This document shows positions 14,301 to 28,762 of a stretch of DNA of 64,000 nucleotides, piece after piece (the first letter of the stretch is position 1; the number at the start of each line of letters is the position of its first letter). The notes under the pieces were generated by a model, which was not told where the DNA came from, did not search any database, and saw only the letters and a list, made by a program, of their open reading frames with translations. Where the stretch lies: assembly GCA_016748015.1 (NCBI GenBank), contig JAAOMT010000523.1, positions 618,156-682,155 of the forward strand, written 5' to 3'. The position numbers and the translations under genes were made by a program. The stretch comes from Geosiphon pyriformis uo1. Its lineage: Eukaryota; Fungi; Glomeromycota.

Positions 14301-15023
14301 TGAGTGCATATTGTGGCAATAACAAAAAATAACCAATGACTACTAAATATTACTGTCACTCATACATCCTAAAACAGTTTGAATGACCAAAAAGACAAGA
14401 AAAATGTGACAACAAATCATGTTTTACTTGTAGAAAAACTCTTCTAAACAAAAAAATATGGAACAACATTTTTGGTCATAGAAAAACATGCAACAAATTG
14501 TGTCAATACATGATTCTAATTAGCAATTGAGTAAAAAAAAAATGCCAATAGATGCTGTCTGAAGAAAAACTGTAAAATATTTAAATAGTTGCTCATACAA
14601 CAATAACAAAATCTGGCAAATAGCAATTACCAAAATTAAAGGCACAGCTTCAGAAGAAATAAAAACAATTAAAAACAATTCACCAGAACCCATAAAAACC
14701 ATTTGGATCTTAAATTCTGATATTTTTCTTAATGTTATGGATTTGGAATAATTTCATAAACATTACCAAGAATTAGCACCCATTAGAGAAAAGCAAGAAC
14801 AATGCTTAAAACAGCTTAATACCCAACTATGTAACCACTGTCTAATTCCGTGTAATTTTCAATATTGTAATGATTGTAATATTATTTATAATTTACTATC
14901 ATGCATAATCTACTTAATTCCTAAAAAAAAAGAACCAATTAGCAAATACACATTGGAATTAGAATCAAAATTTAATTTTGATTCAAATTCTGACAATAAC
15001 AACAACAATAGTTCTAACTCTGT

Positions 15024-15736
15024 TGTTACAAGTGATTATTTGGATGGTTTCTGATAAGCTATTCTCAATTTTTGAGTTTCTACTCTTGTTTTATGAGTCT
15101 TTTACCAGTTCTTTCTGATGTTAATATTCTGTATGTTAATTTTTTAATTACTTAGTAAACAACAAAGAAACAAACAAAAAAAGAAGTAAAGTAAATAATA
15201 ATAAAATTAAAAAATTAATATTTTATTAATAGCTGTGATTAAGAGCTATTGTTTTAGTATAGTTAAGTTTTAAATGTTATTAATATAGAGTGTTAATAAT
15301 AGAAAAGTGATAAAAATTCTTAATCAAACAATAATAATATAAATTAGATAATAATAAGTATGTTTTATTTGATATTGTTAATGAATTTATTTCAGTTAAC
15401 AGTAACTATCTGTAAAATAAGGATTAATTAATAGATAAAAAAAAGAATGCTAAAATTTAAACTAAATAGTAATAAAATTAAATACTTTTTTTGCTTTTAA
15501 TACTACTGTTATATATACATATTTTGTATTATACAAGATTTTTAGAATTCTGTAATTCTTTTCAAGAAATCTTGAAATTTTGAGATTCTGAAATTCTACA
15601 ATTCTTTATAAAGAATTCTAAAATTCTGGAATCCTGCAATTTCTTTAGAAGAATCCTGGAATTTCTTTGTTATTACACTTATTTTTAATTAGCTATTTCT
15701 CAGACTATATAATATTTTTAATTTCTATGAGTAATA
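15024..15736 (-). repeat. Solo LTR, family A (internally deleted)
   Basis: TGTTAC...GTAATA termini and a perfect TSD CTGT/CTGT. It splits the Asn/Asp-rich linker upstream of the copy B dUTPase. Confidence 0.92.
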
Positions 15737-15861
15737 CTGTTTATTATGGCAATAACAATAAAAATTCAAACTCTAATTACAACTCTAAACAATATATTAT
15801 ACTTTCAGATTTATTAATGAAACAGAAACTAAAATAGTTCAATGATAATAATAAAGATATT

Positions 15862-16560
15862 ATGCCAAAACATGTGTATAATACTAATGTTAAGTTTGAT
15901 TTTAGATACTTAAGAAAAGCTGTTATTAAATTAAAACCACATTTGCACACCAGTATAGATTTAAAAATAGCATTAAAAATTCTGACAACAAAAATGATTC
16001 AATTATCATCTAGATCTAGTTTAGTAAAAAAAGAGATTAATATTAAAAAAGAAATAATTGATACAAGATATGTAGAAAATATTATTGCAATGCTACAAAA
16101 TAACTCAGAAAAGAGATATATTATTGAACCAAATAAAAAAATAGCACAGGCAATATTTTTGCCTTTAGTTAAAATAATTCAGTTAGTATTAGTAAAAATA
16201 AGAGAAAAGTTAAGGATTACAGCAAGAGGGATAAAAAGATTTGAATTTACAAGTAGAATAAACATACCAGTTAATATGGTAGAGGAAAAAACTATTGATA
16301 AGAGAGAAATTATTTTTACCAATCAATTAGTTTTTATTCTACCATATAACCAATATATATTAATAGTAGAAAGAAAAGTGAAAGACCAGTCTCAGATTTT
16401 TAAAGTAAAACCAACTATTTGTAAATCAGAAAAGATTAAAATCACCAATCTCTACATACCAGCCAAAAACTATAAACACATTAAAATTCTCATCTATAAT
16501 ACAACTGAAGATACTATCAAAATACCAAGTAGAACTACTATTAGATACTTAAACATTGAA
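15862..16560 (+). pseudogene. dut: Retroelement dUTPase plus downstream degenerate dUTPase-like repeat (copy B)
   Basis: Motifs across copies: DVGFDLKYP / AGFNLKYP (motif 1), LASRSSL (2), IIDAGY.GNI (3), EKIAQAIF (4), TARGI.RF (5). These are followed by ~100 aa ending IKIPIYNxT...IKIPxxTTIGYL. Confidence 0.9.
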
Positions 16561-17334
16561 GTTGAAAACCAATCACTAAACACAATTCCAGATTTTTCAC
16601 AACTATGTGAATATGTAAATATTATTTCACAAACCATTTATGGATGAGAAAAATATTATTTACTTCAATCAAAACAACTAGAACAAATAAACTTAGAAAA
16701 TTTAGACTTACTTCAACTTATGCAACTCAAGATGCTACTCAACAATTTTACTAATGTATTTGCCAATAAAAATAAATTTGGCAGAACTGATATCATCCAG
16801 CATTAAATCAAGACTGAAAATACAATACCAATAAAACAATGAACATACAGAGTACCACCAGCAAGTCATGAGATTATTTAATAAGAAATTAACAAAATGT
16901 TAAACAATAGATTAATTCAACCATTTATGAGTCTATGATCATTACCAGTAGTATTAGTCTGGAAAAAGAATAGAAAAATCTGCTTTTATGTAGATTACAA
17001 AAAGCTCAACAGTATTATTTGTAAAGACAGCTATTCAACTCCATAAATTCAAGAATTATTCAATGTATTTAGAGGAAAAAAATGGGTTTCAACATTGGAT
17101 CTGAACAGTGGTTATTGACAAGTAGTTATAAAACCAAAGAATAAGAAAAAGACCATATTTATTATGAAAAAAGAAAATTTTGAATTTAATATTATGTCTT
17201 TTGGCTTAATTAATACTTCAGCCACCTTTTAATGGTTCATGAAAATTGTTTATACTGGATTATTATGGTAATCTGTAGTAGTTTATCTAAATAACACTAA
17301 TGTGTTCTCAAAAACATTTGATAATTATCTACAT

Positions 17335-18179
17335 TATTACTCATAAAATATAGAAATTATATATTAGTACACAAATTAGTCAATCAGAATAAGATATAGT
17401 AAAAGTAGAATTCCAGAATTCTTCTTAGAGGAATTGCAAAATTCCGAAATTACAGGATTTCAGTAGAAAGAATCACAAGATTCCAGAATTCCAGAATTCT
17501 TGGTTAGAAAATTAAGGAATTCAAAGAATTTTATATAACAAAATTTATGTATATATAACAATAGCATTAGAAGCAAAAAAAACAGATTTCCCAGACAAAA
17601 TCATTAGTTTAGAACCTCTAATTCACATTCTCTATCTATTTTTTCATATGATAGTATTCTATAATTTGAAGTAAAAACATCAAATATAAATAAAATACTT
17701 GTTAACACATTACAATTCATTTTTCTACTATCAACAACTCATGTTGATAGTTATTAATACTTAACTACATTAGACCAATAACTTTTGATTATAGTTATTG
17801 ACAGAATATTAACTTTTTCTTGTCTTGGCTTATTTTTTTATTTATTTATTTTTTTTTGTTTTGTTTATTATTTACTAATTGATTAAAGATTAAATACATG
17901 GAATTATCAATGTTAAAATAACTGATAAAAGACCCAGAAATAAGAGTAGAATACTCAGGAATTGAGAATAACTTATCAGGAAGATTACTGGCTATTATGC
18001 TGAGAAAAAAATTGCAATTCTAATAAAACAATCATTGAATTTCTGTCTATTATACAAAGAACTTAACCAAAATCTTTAAATAACCAAAATCTTTAGATAT
18101 TACCAACTATTTTAAGCTATTGAGCACCAAATTACGGGTTTGTTATTTGTTTCAACACCCCAAATAATCACTTATAACA
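17335..18179 (+). repeat. Solo LTR, family A
   Basis: TATTAC...TAACA termini and a perfect TSD ACAT/ACAT. Inserted just after the RT active-site remnant (VYLNNT) of copy B. Confidence 0.93.
17547..17558 (+). promoter_or_regulatory. LTR TATA box (TATGTATATATA), conserved in family A LTRs
   Basis: The motif or a close variant sits immediately downstream of the U3 repeat array in every family A LTR. Confidence 0.6.
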
Positions 18180-21100
18180 ACATTATCTTTAACAAATATT
18201 TGAAAAATTAAGGAGAACTGGATTGAAACTGAATACAAACAAGTGCTTCTTTGGCAAAACAGAACTGAAATTTTTGGAACATGTTGTAAACAAAAACAGC
18301 ATTAAAATAGATCCAGATAAAATCAAAATAGTTAAAAACTTTCCAGTACCAACAAATCTTACAAAGTTAAGAGTATTCTTAAAATTTGCTGGATACTATC
18401 ACTGCTTTATCCAGAACTTTTCTAAATTGGCTTAACCACTTTACCAGCTCCAAGCAAAAAACATAAAATATAAATGAACTGAAACCCAACAAGAAGCTTT
18501 TAATATCTTGAAAAAAAGCTTATTCAAATACTAGTACTGATTTATCCAGATTATAACAAGCCATTTATTATCACCATTGATACATTAGGTCAAGCATTGA
18601 GAGCTGTATTATCTCAAAAAAGATCTGATAAATAAGAACATTCAGTAACATATGCTAGCAAAAGTTTAAGTCCAGTTAAAAAGAACTATGAAACATTAGT
18701 ATTAGAACACTTGGTTATCTATTGAGCTGTTATTAAATAAAAGAAATATTTAAGTCAAAAATTTGATGTGTATACTAATCACAAAGAATTAACATCAATC
18801 CAAAAGCAAAAATTTGGAGATAATTGCCATACAAAATAGAAAATAAAACTATTACTATTCAATTATATAGTACATTATAAAAAGAAAAAAAAATGGAAAT
18901 GCTGACAGTTTGTTATAAATAAAACAAATCTAAAAACATTTTAACCCAAAAATATAACAAAAAATAAACACACAAAAATATCAATAATTTCAATATTATA
19001 TTAATACTCAACAATTCAAGAAGAAATTATTTCAAAAAAAACAAAATAACATAAAACAACAAGCCAAATATTTTATTACTTACCAAGATATATTATATTG
19101 AAAAAACAAAAAATATCCAGATTAGACACTTAGAGTAATTACAAAACCAGAAAAAAAAACAATACTATTTAACATACATTCAGATCTAACAGCAGGACAT
19201 TTTTATAAAGAAGTAATCAGAAAAGAACCAGAAAAAGATATTATTGGCCATCTATATATCTAAATATCATCTAATATATTTAAAATTATGATATTTGTTA
19301 GAAAAGAGAAGGAATAAGATCTAGTGAATCACTAAGACCAATTAAAATAAGACAACCATTTAATTAAATTAGAATTGACTTAGTTGGATCATTAACAATA
19401 ATCAGCAAAGACAATTATTATATAGCAGTAGCTAAAAAGCAAAAGCAATTCAAAAAGCAGATGCAAAATTCATAGCCAAATTCATTTACCAAGATTTGAT
19501 TTGTTAACACAGATGTTCAAAAAAATTATTATCAGATCAAAAAACTTACTTTGTGAACAGAACATTAACAGAATTAAGTCAAAGATTTAGAATTAAAAAA
19601 CTATTATTAATATTATATTATTTATAAACAAATGGCTTAATTGAAAGATTCAACAGAACATTATATAAAGCAATAGCCAAGATTAGCCAAAAAAACCAAG
19701 ACAAATAAGATTTGTTTATATCATCAATATTATTTACTTATTGGACAATGAAGCAAGATATCACACAAGCAATACTATTTGAACTTGTTTATAATAGAAC
19801 AGCAATATTATCAGTTGAGATAAACATCAACATATATCCAATAGAATTAATAACAAAAGCCAACTTTCAAAAAACATTGCTGAAAAAAACATATAAATTA
19901 ATGGAAACTTTAAAAAACAAAAGGCAAAAAACAGCTAATAACATTCAAAAGTCACAAAAAAAACAAAAAAAATGACATAATAATTAATTACCAAATAAAC
20001 CAATTGAATTCAGGATTGGAAACAAAGTACTTTTATATTATACCAAAGCAGAAAAACAATAGAATAGAAAATTTGACCCCAAATGAGACAAACTATTTTA
20101 CATTGAAAAAATTTTAGGAAATGAAGCTTATAAATTAAAATGGAACAACAAAATCTTAGCTAAAATAATACATAGAGATTGATTAAAACTATATTACAAT
20201 ATAGCATTATTATTTGCTAATAATATTTTACAACTGGGAGTACAACAAATATTAGTCTAACCAGATAAATTCCATAAAATCTAGAACCAATCATAATCAT
20301 CAATACAAACACATCAAATTGATCTACAAAAATAGTATATAAAGACACAATAAATGTAATAACAGCAATAATAAAAGATAGAAATTCCAAACCACATTCA
20401 TTCAATGATTCAACAATTATTCTAGGCCATAAATCAACAAAAATTAGACATGAAAATTGTTATCAACCACCAAAAAATTTGTTATTAAAACACAACAAGG
20501 AAAAAAAAATAGAAATAACCTTATATTAACAACTATAGAATCAAACAAAGTATTGGTTAAATAAAATCATAAAAAAAGTAAAGAACATTTTTAGGAAAAT
20601 ACCAAGAATAATTTCAACAAAGAAACTAATCAAAAAAAACTAGAAGCTATGAATAGAACAACTTCCAATAGTATACTGTTATTATCAATTGGGACAAAAG
20701 CTAAATATTTAGAAATTATATATTAATAAATCCAAAAGAATATTCAATTAAGAAAAAGTACAACAGATTGAAGATTTTATTGGAAAAAAAACAAATTCAA
20801 GAATATATATCAAAACAATTTACTGACTATACACTATATTTCAAAACTATTCAAAAATATTACTACATTAAAAAATAAAAACAATAACTGTTAACTAATA
20901 GAAAAGAATGAACAATTCTCAATATAAAGAAATAAGAAACAGAATTGAACAAACAATATTAGAAAAAGAAGTAATAAACTTAATTCAAAGTGAAAATTTC
21001 AATAGAGCTTAATATTAAAAAAAAGAAGATAATATTACTTATAGAAAATACAAAAAAAGAAAGCTGAAAAAACAGATAAAAAAATAGACCAATAAGAGAA

Positions 21101-22254
21101 TAGTACTTAACATGTGAACACAATATTAAAAACTATGACATATTGCTTAGCAATATATATAGTGCTAGCAAATTAGAGCATACTGCTCAACAATGTGAAC
21201 AATATTAATAAATTAGAATATACTGCTCAGCAATATGAACAATGTTAATAAATTAGAGCATATTGTTTAAGAAAATATAAAATCTTGTAAAACAAGAAAT
21301 AAATATATATAGTAAAAGTATTAAAAGCAGAAAAGACAGAATTCATCTTAGAATTAATATCCACAATTAATTAATTATTTTATACTTTTCTCTTTAAAAA
21401 GTAGTTTTTTATAACTTGAAATGGAATTCAATTACATATTAATAAAATATTTATTATTATCTGAATCTATGTTATTGTCATTGATTAAGGAATATTAATT
21501 ATTTTTATTTTATCAACATAAAGTGTTAATAGAATTCAATACTTAACCATACTAGAACAATAATTCTTGATTATAACTATTAATAGAATACTAATTTTTT
21601 TTAATTTTTTTTAATTTTTTTGTTTTGTTTCTTTGCTGTTTACTAAATTGATTCAAGAATTAATGCACAGAGTTATTGATATCAAAAAAACTGGTAAAAA
21701 ACCCAAAAATAAAAGTAAAAATTCAGAATTTGAGGATAGTTTATCAAGAAGAACTGGTCATCAAGCTAAGAAAGAAATTCATAGAATATACTTCTAAGAG
21801 AGTACTGAAACAACTATTAAATCTCTCTCTATTATACAAAGAACTCAACCAAAAACCTTCAGATTATGAAAATTTTTAAATATTACTAATACTATCAAGC
21901 TATTGAGCACCAAATTATGAATTTGTTATTTGTATTAATACATCAAATAATTATCTATAATATAGTATATTATAAAAAATATTTATCTAAATTAATATTT
22001 TATTAATACTTTAATATATAAGTACATTAAACACAATTTTTTTGTCTTACATATATGGTTTATAATTATTTGGTAATTCAAAAATTATTTGTTGTTTTTA
22101 AATATGACTTTTCTGCAAATAGAAATATAAATACAAATATAAGATCTTACTTAATGTTTAAAATTATAAGAATAGTACAATGTTTTTAATCATAAATACA
22201 GGGACCATTAAAAGAAAAATTAAATAATAATATAATATAATATAATGTTTTTAA

Positions 22255-22457
22255 TAATTAAACCTGAGTATATTCATAAACTTCAAATTGAACTTGAATC
22301 AAACTTGTTGTATGTGTTTAGATTTGGTTTAAGTTCAGTAATTTTAAGCCTGATTTAAGTTCAAATTTAAAATTTTACCAAATTTTCTATTCAAGTTTGG
22401 TTTAATTTGATAGTTTAATTAAATCTAAACTGAATTAGACTGAATATTAGAACCCTA
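22255..22457. mobile_element. Possible end of a hAT-like DNA transposon or MITE
   Basis: Array of short AACYGA/TCRGTT-like repeats in both orientations ending in GAACCCTA (reverse complement TAGGGTTC). No partner terminus was found. Confidence 0.35.
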
Positions 22458-25400
22458 TTGTAAAGCATATATAGATTTAATATTTATTACTATTTAACAA
22501 ATTTTTGAATCCAATAAACAAATTTGCAAAAAACATAAAATTTTAATTCCAAATATTTATTTGTATAAAGAATTAATAAGTTTTATATTATATTTTACAA
22601 TTTTAACAACCACTTTATTATATTAGATAATTATTTGAAAATCGAAATTATTTAGAATAATATTTTTTAATAAAAATTACTACAAAAAATTGTAAATTTT
22701 ACAAAAATAATTAGATACTTTTTTTCAAAATTTAATACAATTTTTACTATTGAAAATTATTATGTTGTTCTTGAAAAATTATTTCAAATTAACATAAGAC
22801 AATTGAAACCACAACAATAAAACCAATTCAAACAATTAATTATAGAATATGTTAATATATTTATTAAAAATAACAATAATCTTAAAAGAACTAATCTAAT
22901 TTAACACCAAATTTATACTAAAGATATAAAACTTAAGTAATAATAAGTTTATTAAGTATCATTTGAAAATCACTAATTTATTCGAGAAAAAATGCAATAA
23001 ATACTTAAAAATGGACTCATTTAATTATTAACAAGTTTATAGACTTTATTAATAGTTTTTATTAAGAAAAAAAATAAAAAAATTTGCTTTTGTGTTAATT
23101 ATTGTCAACTAAATAGTATTATAATTAAAAACACTTATTTTTTGTCTTGAATTAATAATATGCTAGATATTTTTAATAGATTAAAATACTTTTCAACATT
23201 AAATTTGGAAAGTAAATATTAACAAGTTATAATAAATTTCAAAGATTATTTTAAAATAGTTTTTACAATCCAAAAAAGAAATTATAAGTTCAATATAATG
23301 CCTTTTGAATTATGTAATATACCAGTAATATTTTAGAGATTTATAGATAATGTCTATATTAGTTTTCTTTAAAAGTTAGTAGTTGTCTATTTTAATAATA
23401 TTAATGTTTATTTATTATTATTTAAAACTTACTTAATTTATTTATAAAAAGTTTTTCAATAATTATAAAAAACAAAATTAAAATTAAACATTAAAAAATG
23501 TTATTTTAGAAAAACCAACTTGGTTTTTTTAGGTTATATTATTAACAAAAAAAAGTTAAATTTGACTTAAAAAAAATTTTAAAATCTTTTAAAATATTAT
23601 TGAATTAAAAAAATTCACAGAATTAGCATCTTACTATCAAAAATTAATTAAAAAATCTTCTGAAATTATTAAACTCTTTAATTATTTGATTAACAAAAAT
23701 ATTGAATACAAATAAACTTTAAAATAACAGAAAATTTTTAATATTCTTAGAAAAAAGTTAACAATAGTCTTAATTTTTGTTTATTCTAACTTTAACAAAA
23801 AATTTCAATTAGCTACAAATGCTTTATATACAACTTTTAGTGTTATTTTATTTTAGCTAAATAATAATAACAATAAGTAAATAATTATTTATGTTAACAA
23901 AACATTAAAGTCAGCAGAGAAAAATTATTCTGTCATTAAATTAGAAACAACAGCAGTAATTTAGATTTTACATTATTTTGTTTTTTATTTTAAGTTTAAA
24001 AAATTTGATATTATTATTGATAATATTGAACTCAAATAACTATAAAACAAAAGCTCTAAATTAAATACCAAGCAAATTTACTAGAATAAATTTTTATAAA
24101 CTACAAATATATTGCATATTACAAACCAAAAAAATTATATGTAAATATTAATTGTCTTTCTAAAATGAAACAAGATTAAAAACTACAATACTATTTAATT
24201 TAATCAAACAGCAACAAATAACAACTAATAAATTCTGAAAACTACAATAATTTCAAACAATATTTGAAAATATTTACAACACTAAAAACTTGGTTTTTTA
24301 ATAAAAAACATTAATTTCAATACCAAACAAAACAATATTTCTTATATAACAATTTTATTTATTACCAAAACTACAAAAATTTAGACAATTTATTTAGAAT
24401 AATCTAAGGAAAATAATTCTATATAATATGTATTCAAATTTTTTATCAACACATTTTAAAAAAAATAGTACAATCTAAAAAACATTAGAACATTATTTTT
24501 GGTCTTAAATAAAAAAAATATTTACTAATATATTGAATTTTGTAATAATTGTCAAAAAAAAAAAAAATACACTCTACAAAATTTCTAAATTTAATTAAAG
24601 TTAAACAATTTTTTAATCAAATTGGTATTAATTTAGTTAAATTATTGCTTATTACAATCTAAAAAAACTAATATATTGTAGTTATAGTAAATTATCTTAT
24701 TAAATAACTTAAAGCAAGAGCAATTTAATACGTAAATATAAAATTAATAACAAATTTTATTTACAAAAACATTATTTGTAAACATAAATATTTAATTAAA
24801 CTTTTATTTAATCAAAAAACACATTTGTAAACAATTTAATACAAAAAATTTGTAAAAAATTTAATGTTAAAAAATCTTTATTTTTACTTTATTATCTATA
24901 AACAAATAGACTTGTAAAATATTTTAACAAAACACTGTGTAAATTATTAGCCAAAGTCTTAATAGATTTTAAGCAAAAATAAGATCTTTTTATTTTATTG
25001 GTATTACTAGCATATAAAATACTAAAACAAAACATAATAAAACACATACTATTTAATTTAACTTATTGAAAAACAATAATATTACCAATTAATTTTATAA
25101 TAAAATTCTATTTAGTTTAACCAATTATAGAAAACAACTTTTAAGAAATACTACAAAGAAAAGCCTATATATTTTTTAATATACTGAAAAAAAAACAATA
25201 AAATACAACTATTTACATAAAATACTCCTATATTTAATAAAAAAAATAACATAATAATAAATTGTCATCAAAGTTAGAAATAAATTTTTCTTACATAAAA
25301 CCAAAACTGAAAAACAATAAAATAAAAAATTTAATCACAAATAAAATAAATTATTTTATATACACAAAATTTTAAAAAATAGATTATACAAGTTAAGATT

Positions 25401-28400
25401 TAATAATAAAATTTTAAAAAAAGTTGCACATAATAACAAACTTAAGTATTATTATTATTTTAAAATCAATTTTAAATTTCTAATTTCACAAATTAATACA
25501 CAATTTTTTTTAGTTAACTTTGAAAATATTCTCTAAAACTTAAAACTAATAGTTATTATTGAACAATTTCTAAATTTAAATTAAATTATTTTATTTTTAT
25601 TTTAATAAAAACAATTCTACCAAAAATAAGTAAAATTACATAAAAAACAAAACAAAAATAATATAAAAAACTTTACATACCAAAAATAATATTATATTTT
25701 ACAGTTTAGTTATTAGGACTGTTTTCTAAAACATTCAATAATTATTCTAAAAATTAATATTAGCCTTAAAAAAATTTTTTTATTATTATATTTTATGAGT
25801 AAGGCTTAAATATTATCTGGCACAATACATTAAACTAAATGATCTAAACTAGACATGAATCATGTATTTTTCATACATAACCAGCCACTTGGACTAATTA
25901 GAACAATATTATGAATTTATTTTAACAGAAATTACACTATCAGTACCAAAAAAGAAATCACAAGGTGTATAAAACCAAAACTAATACTATAAGCTTTAGC
26001 AATGCCAAACAACCTAACAACACTAACAAAAAGTAAAGACAAAGAACCATAAATATCAGGAAGCACAAAATTATTATGGCTAATTAAATCCCACTTTTTC
26101 ATAAATGCTCTATACTTAGTTTTTACCATTTATATATCAATTTAATAAGTCATTTTCAATTCTCATACCAATTCAATAATCTTTATACCAGCAGTTTTGG
26201 CATACTTGAAAACAGACACAGTTTTTAAGTATTATTCTTTGAACACAAAGCCTTTATACAAAGCAGTATATATAGAGTTGTTAGAAATACACAATAAAAG
26301 CAACTATAAAACACATAAAAATGACAAATTCAAATCTAACACAGAACTTTACTAAACAATATACAAATTAAGTAGCTCTTTATAAGCACTAAAGTCTATA
26401 ATACAAACAAAAAAATGATTAAAGAGCTTAATTTTCTTATAATACAGACACAACACACTGGAGTACTTTCTATTATATAAGCATTTTTGGATAGCAATAG
26501 ACAAACAATAATATAAAGCCTTTATAAAATTGGAATGTAGACTAGTAGTAGCTCTATTTATATATTCTGATATTATATGTGAGTTTGGATGCTAAACTGA
26601 TAAAGTTTGAACCCAATCCATATCTCTAATCATGTTTTTACAAATAACACTGGAACCAGGCTCAACTTTCCAATAAGCATGATAAACAGTTCTAAACATA
26701 TCACAAATAAAATGACAAACATTTCCAGACACTATTACTCTATTAGCACTAATATATTACTCCTTAACAAAAACAGAAAATGACAAATTTGAACATAAAA
26801 CTAAGTTGGCCAGCATATTAGCATGCTTATTACCTAAGACACTTAAATAGTCTTTGATTTTGATCCAAGAAACACTGAAATTTTTATATTTGATAAAGTT
26901 TATAAAACTTTATTTTTTAAACCAACAACAGTTGCAAAAATCAAATAAAACTATAATTAATTCTGCAGTATATACATCCAAAATGGCTTGACAATTTGAA
27001 AACACTCTAACACAACTGGAAGCTGAAATACATTCTAAGACCAGAGCAATTGTTTGTAATTTTACCATTGTAAAAGATACCAAACTACCAATTTCAACAC
27101 CAATACCCAGATCCAAATTGGCAAAAAATACAGCTGTATTATATTTTATTCCACAAGTATCCAAGTTTTTCAAAAATCCATCTGTATAGACATCAATAAT
27201 ATCTAAACCAACACTAAAAAACATCATTTAACTAAAAAAAATTTGCCAGTACCAAAAACACTCACTTAAAAATACTATTTAAATTATTTATAACTATTAT
27301 TAAAAAACATATTGATTATACTTAAACAAAATTTGTTACAACTTTAATTACAAATTTACAAAATTACTATCTTTATAAAAAAAATATAAGAAATTATTTT
27401 AGAATTTACTTACTAAAACTTTTAAAACAAGCTTTAAAAGAAAATTTAAAATTTATATTTATTAATATTCTACCAAATACTACTATTTAACAAAAAATTT
27501 AACAGTGTTTTAATAAACAAAACAACAAATACTCTTCAATTTATAGATATTTTTATATTAAAAAAACACTTTATAAAAAAAAACTAAAGCTTAAAACAAT
27601 TAATTTTATACTTAAAGCTATTTAAAAACAAATTTACAATAAATTTAAGGCAGTTATAAACTTAAAATAGCTTTTAGACTCTATAAACTATTTTATACTT
27701 GTAAAAATATTTAATTTTACAATTTTTGAAGATTTAATATATTAGAAAGTTTACAAAACTAAAATTTTAACAATTTTGAATTATTATTTGAAAATTACAA
27801 ATAGTATTTAAAATTTAATAAAGCTCAATTTTAAGAAGAAAATTATGTTACTAACTAAAATTTGAGATATTAATTAACATAAAATTATTTCTATAATTTT
27901 TATTATTAATTAGTATATATTATTATTTCAATTAATTACTTATTATTTTATCAAATTATCTGAATTATTATTTAATTAATAACCCAATTTGTACAAAACA
28001 CAAAAGTAATCAAATTGTAATAATTAAATTATATAATATATTGAACTATATAACATTCAAAATTTATAAAATATTTAGTAATTTAATAAAATATTAAAAA
28101 ATTTACTAAAATAATTTATAATTTACAGAAATAACTTATAGTTTGATAAAATATATTTTTAATTTGCCGAAATATTAAAAAAAAAGTGCTAGATTATAAA
28201 ACAGTATTATAACAAGTTATATAAAAAAAAGCTTCTTTTTTTGAAAAAAATATCTTAGTTAAAATATATCTTATTAATTTATGATATTTTTTCTTAAAAT
28301 AATCATGACAAATTAAATAAAAATTATTTCAAAAAATAAATATTATACTTATTATTGCTTTAAAATTAATAAATTTTTACTAATATTTTGAAATTAATTA

Positions 28401-28610
28401 GCTATTTATTTTAATAATTGTTAATAATTTTTAGATCTGAATTTAAAACAATTTTTTTAAAACATTTTTTATTTTTTTTTAGTTTATTTTTAGTTTATTT
28501 TTTTTATTTTTTTTTATATTATTGGATAGCTTACAGTTGAGATTTTCTGTAAAAAAATTGCCTTTTATAGCAAAGTAATTACACATATTTTAAAAAACTT
28601 ACAAATAAAA
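22458..28610 (+). mobile_element. Ty3/Gypsy family B copy C (very decayed pol plus truncated 3' LTR 27846-~28610), interrupted by a LINE
   Basis: RT remnants (KICFCVNYCQLN ~23080; FNIMPFELCN ~23290), RNase H and integrase remnants to ~25450, a purine tract before TGTTAC at 27846, and an LTR homologous to 59704-60676. Confidence 0.82.
25775..27235 (-). mobile_element. 5'-truncated LINE (RNase H + C-terminal zinc finger + 3' UTR)
   Basis: ORF 26910..27227 has the RNase H motifs DVYTDGFLK...KLQTIALVLE...FSNCQA. CCHC-type VCCLYY..I...HFFVC remnant ~26410-26460. T-tract at ~25775. Tentative TSD YTAAAAAAATTT at ~25767 and ~27232. Confidence 0.85.
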
Positions 28611-28762
28611 TAATTTTTTTTTTTACATATATAATTTTTAATTAATTATTTATATACATATTTTAATATAAATAAACATATTTTAAATAATATATAATAT
28701 AGTTTTAATTAATTTAAATAACTATTTATATATAAACAAAATATAAATTTTATTTATTATAA

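Larger units (their letters stand above)
10461..21962 (+). mobile_element. Ty3/Gypsy family A copy B, two LTRs (10461-11334, 21033-21962), carrying two nested solo LTRs
   Basis: PBS TTTGGTGCTTTTTGTGAGG at 11335; zinc knuckle CHYCGKQKHLQINC ~13020; protease ~13650; dUTPase ORF 15862; RT 16780-18440; integrase 19000-20200; PPT ~21017-21032. Flanks ATGA and TAGT do not match. Confidence 0.92.
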
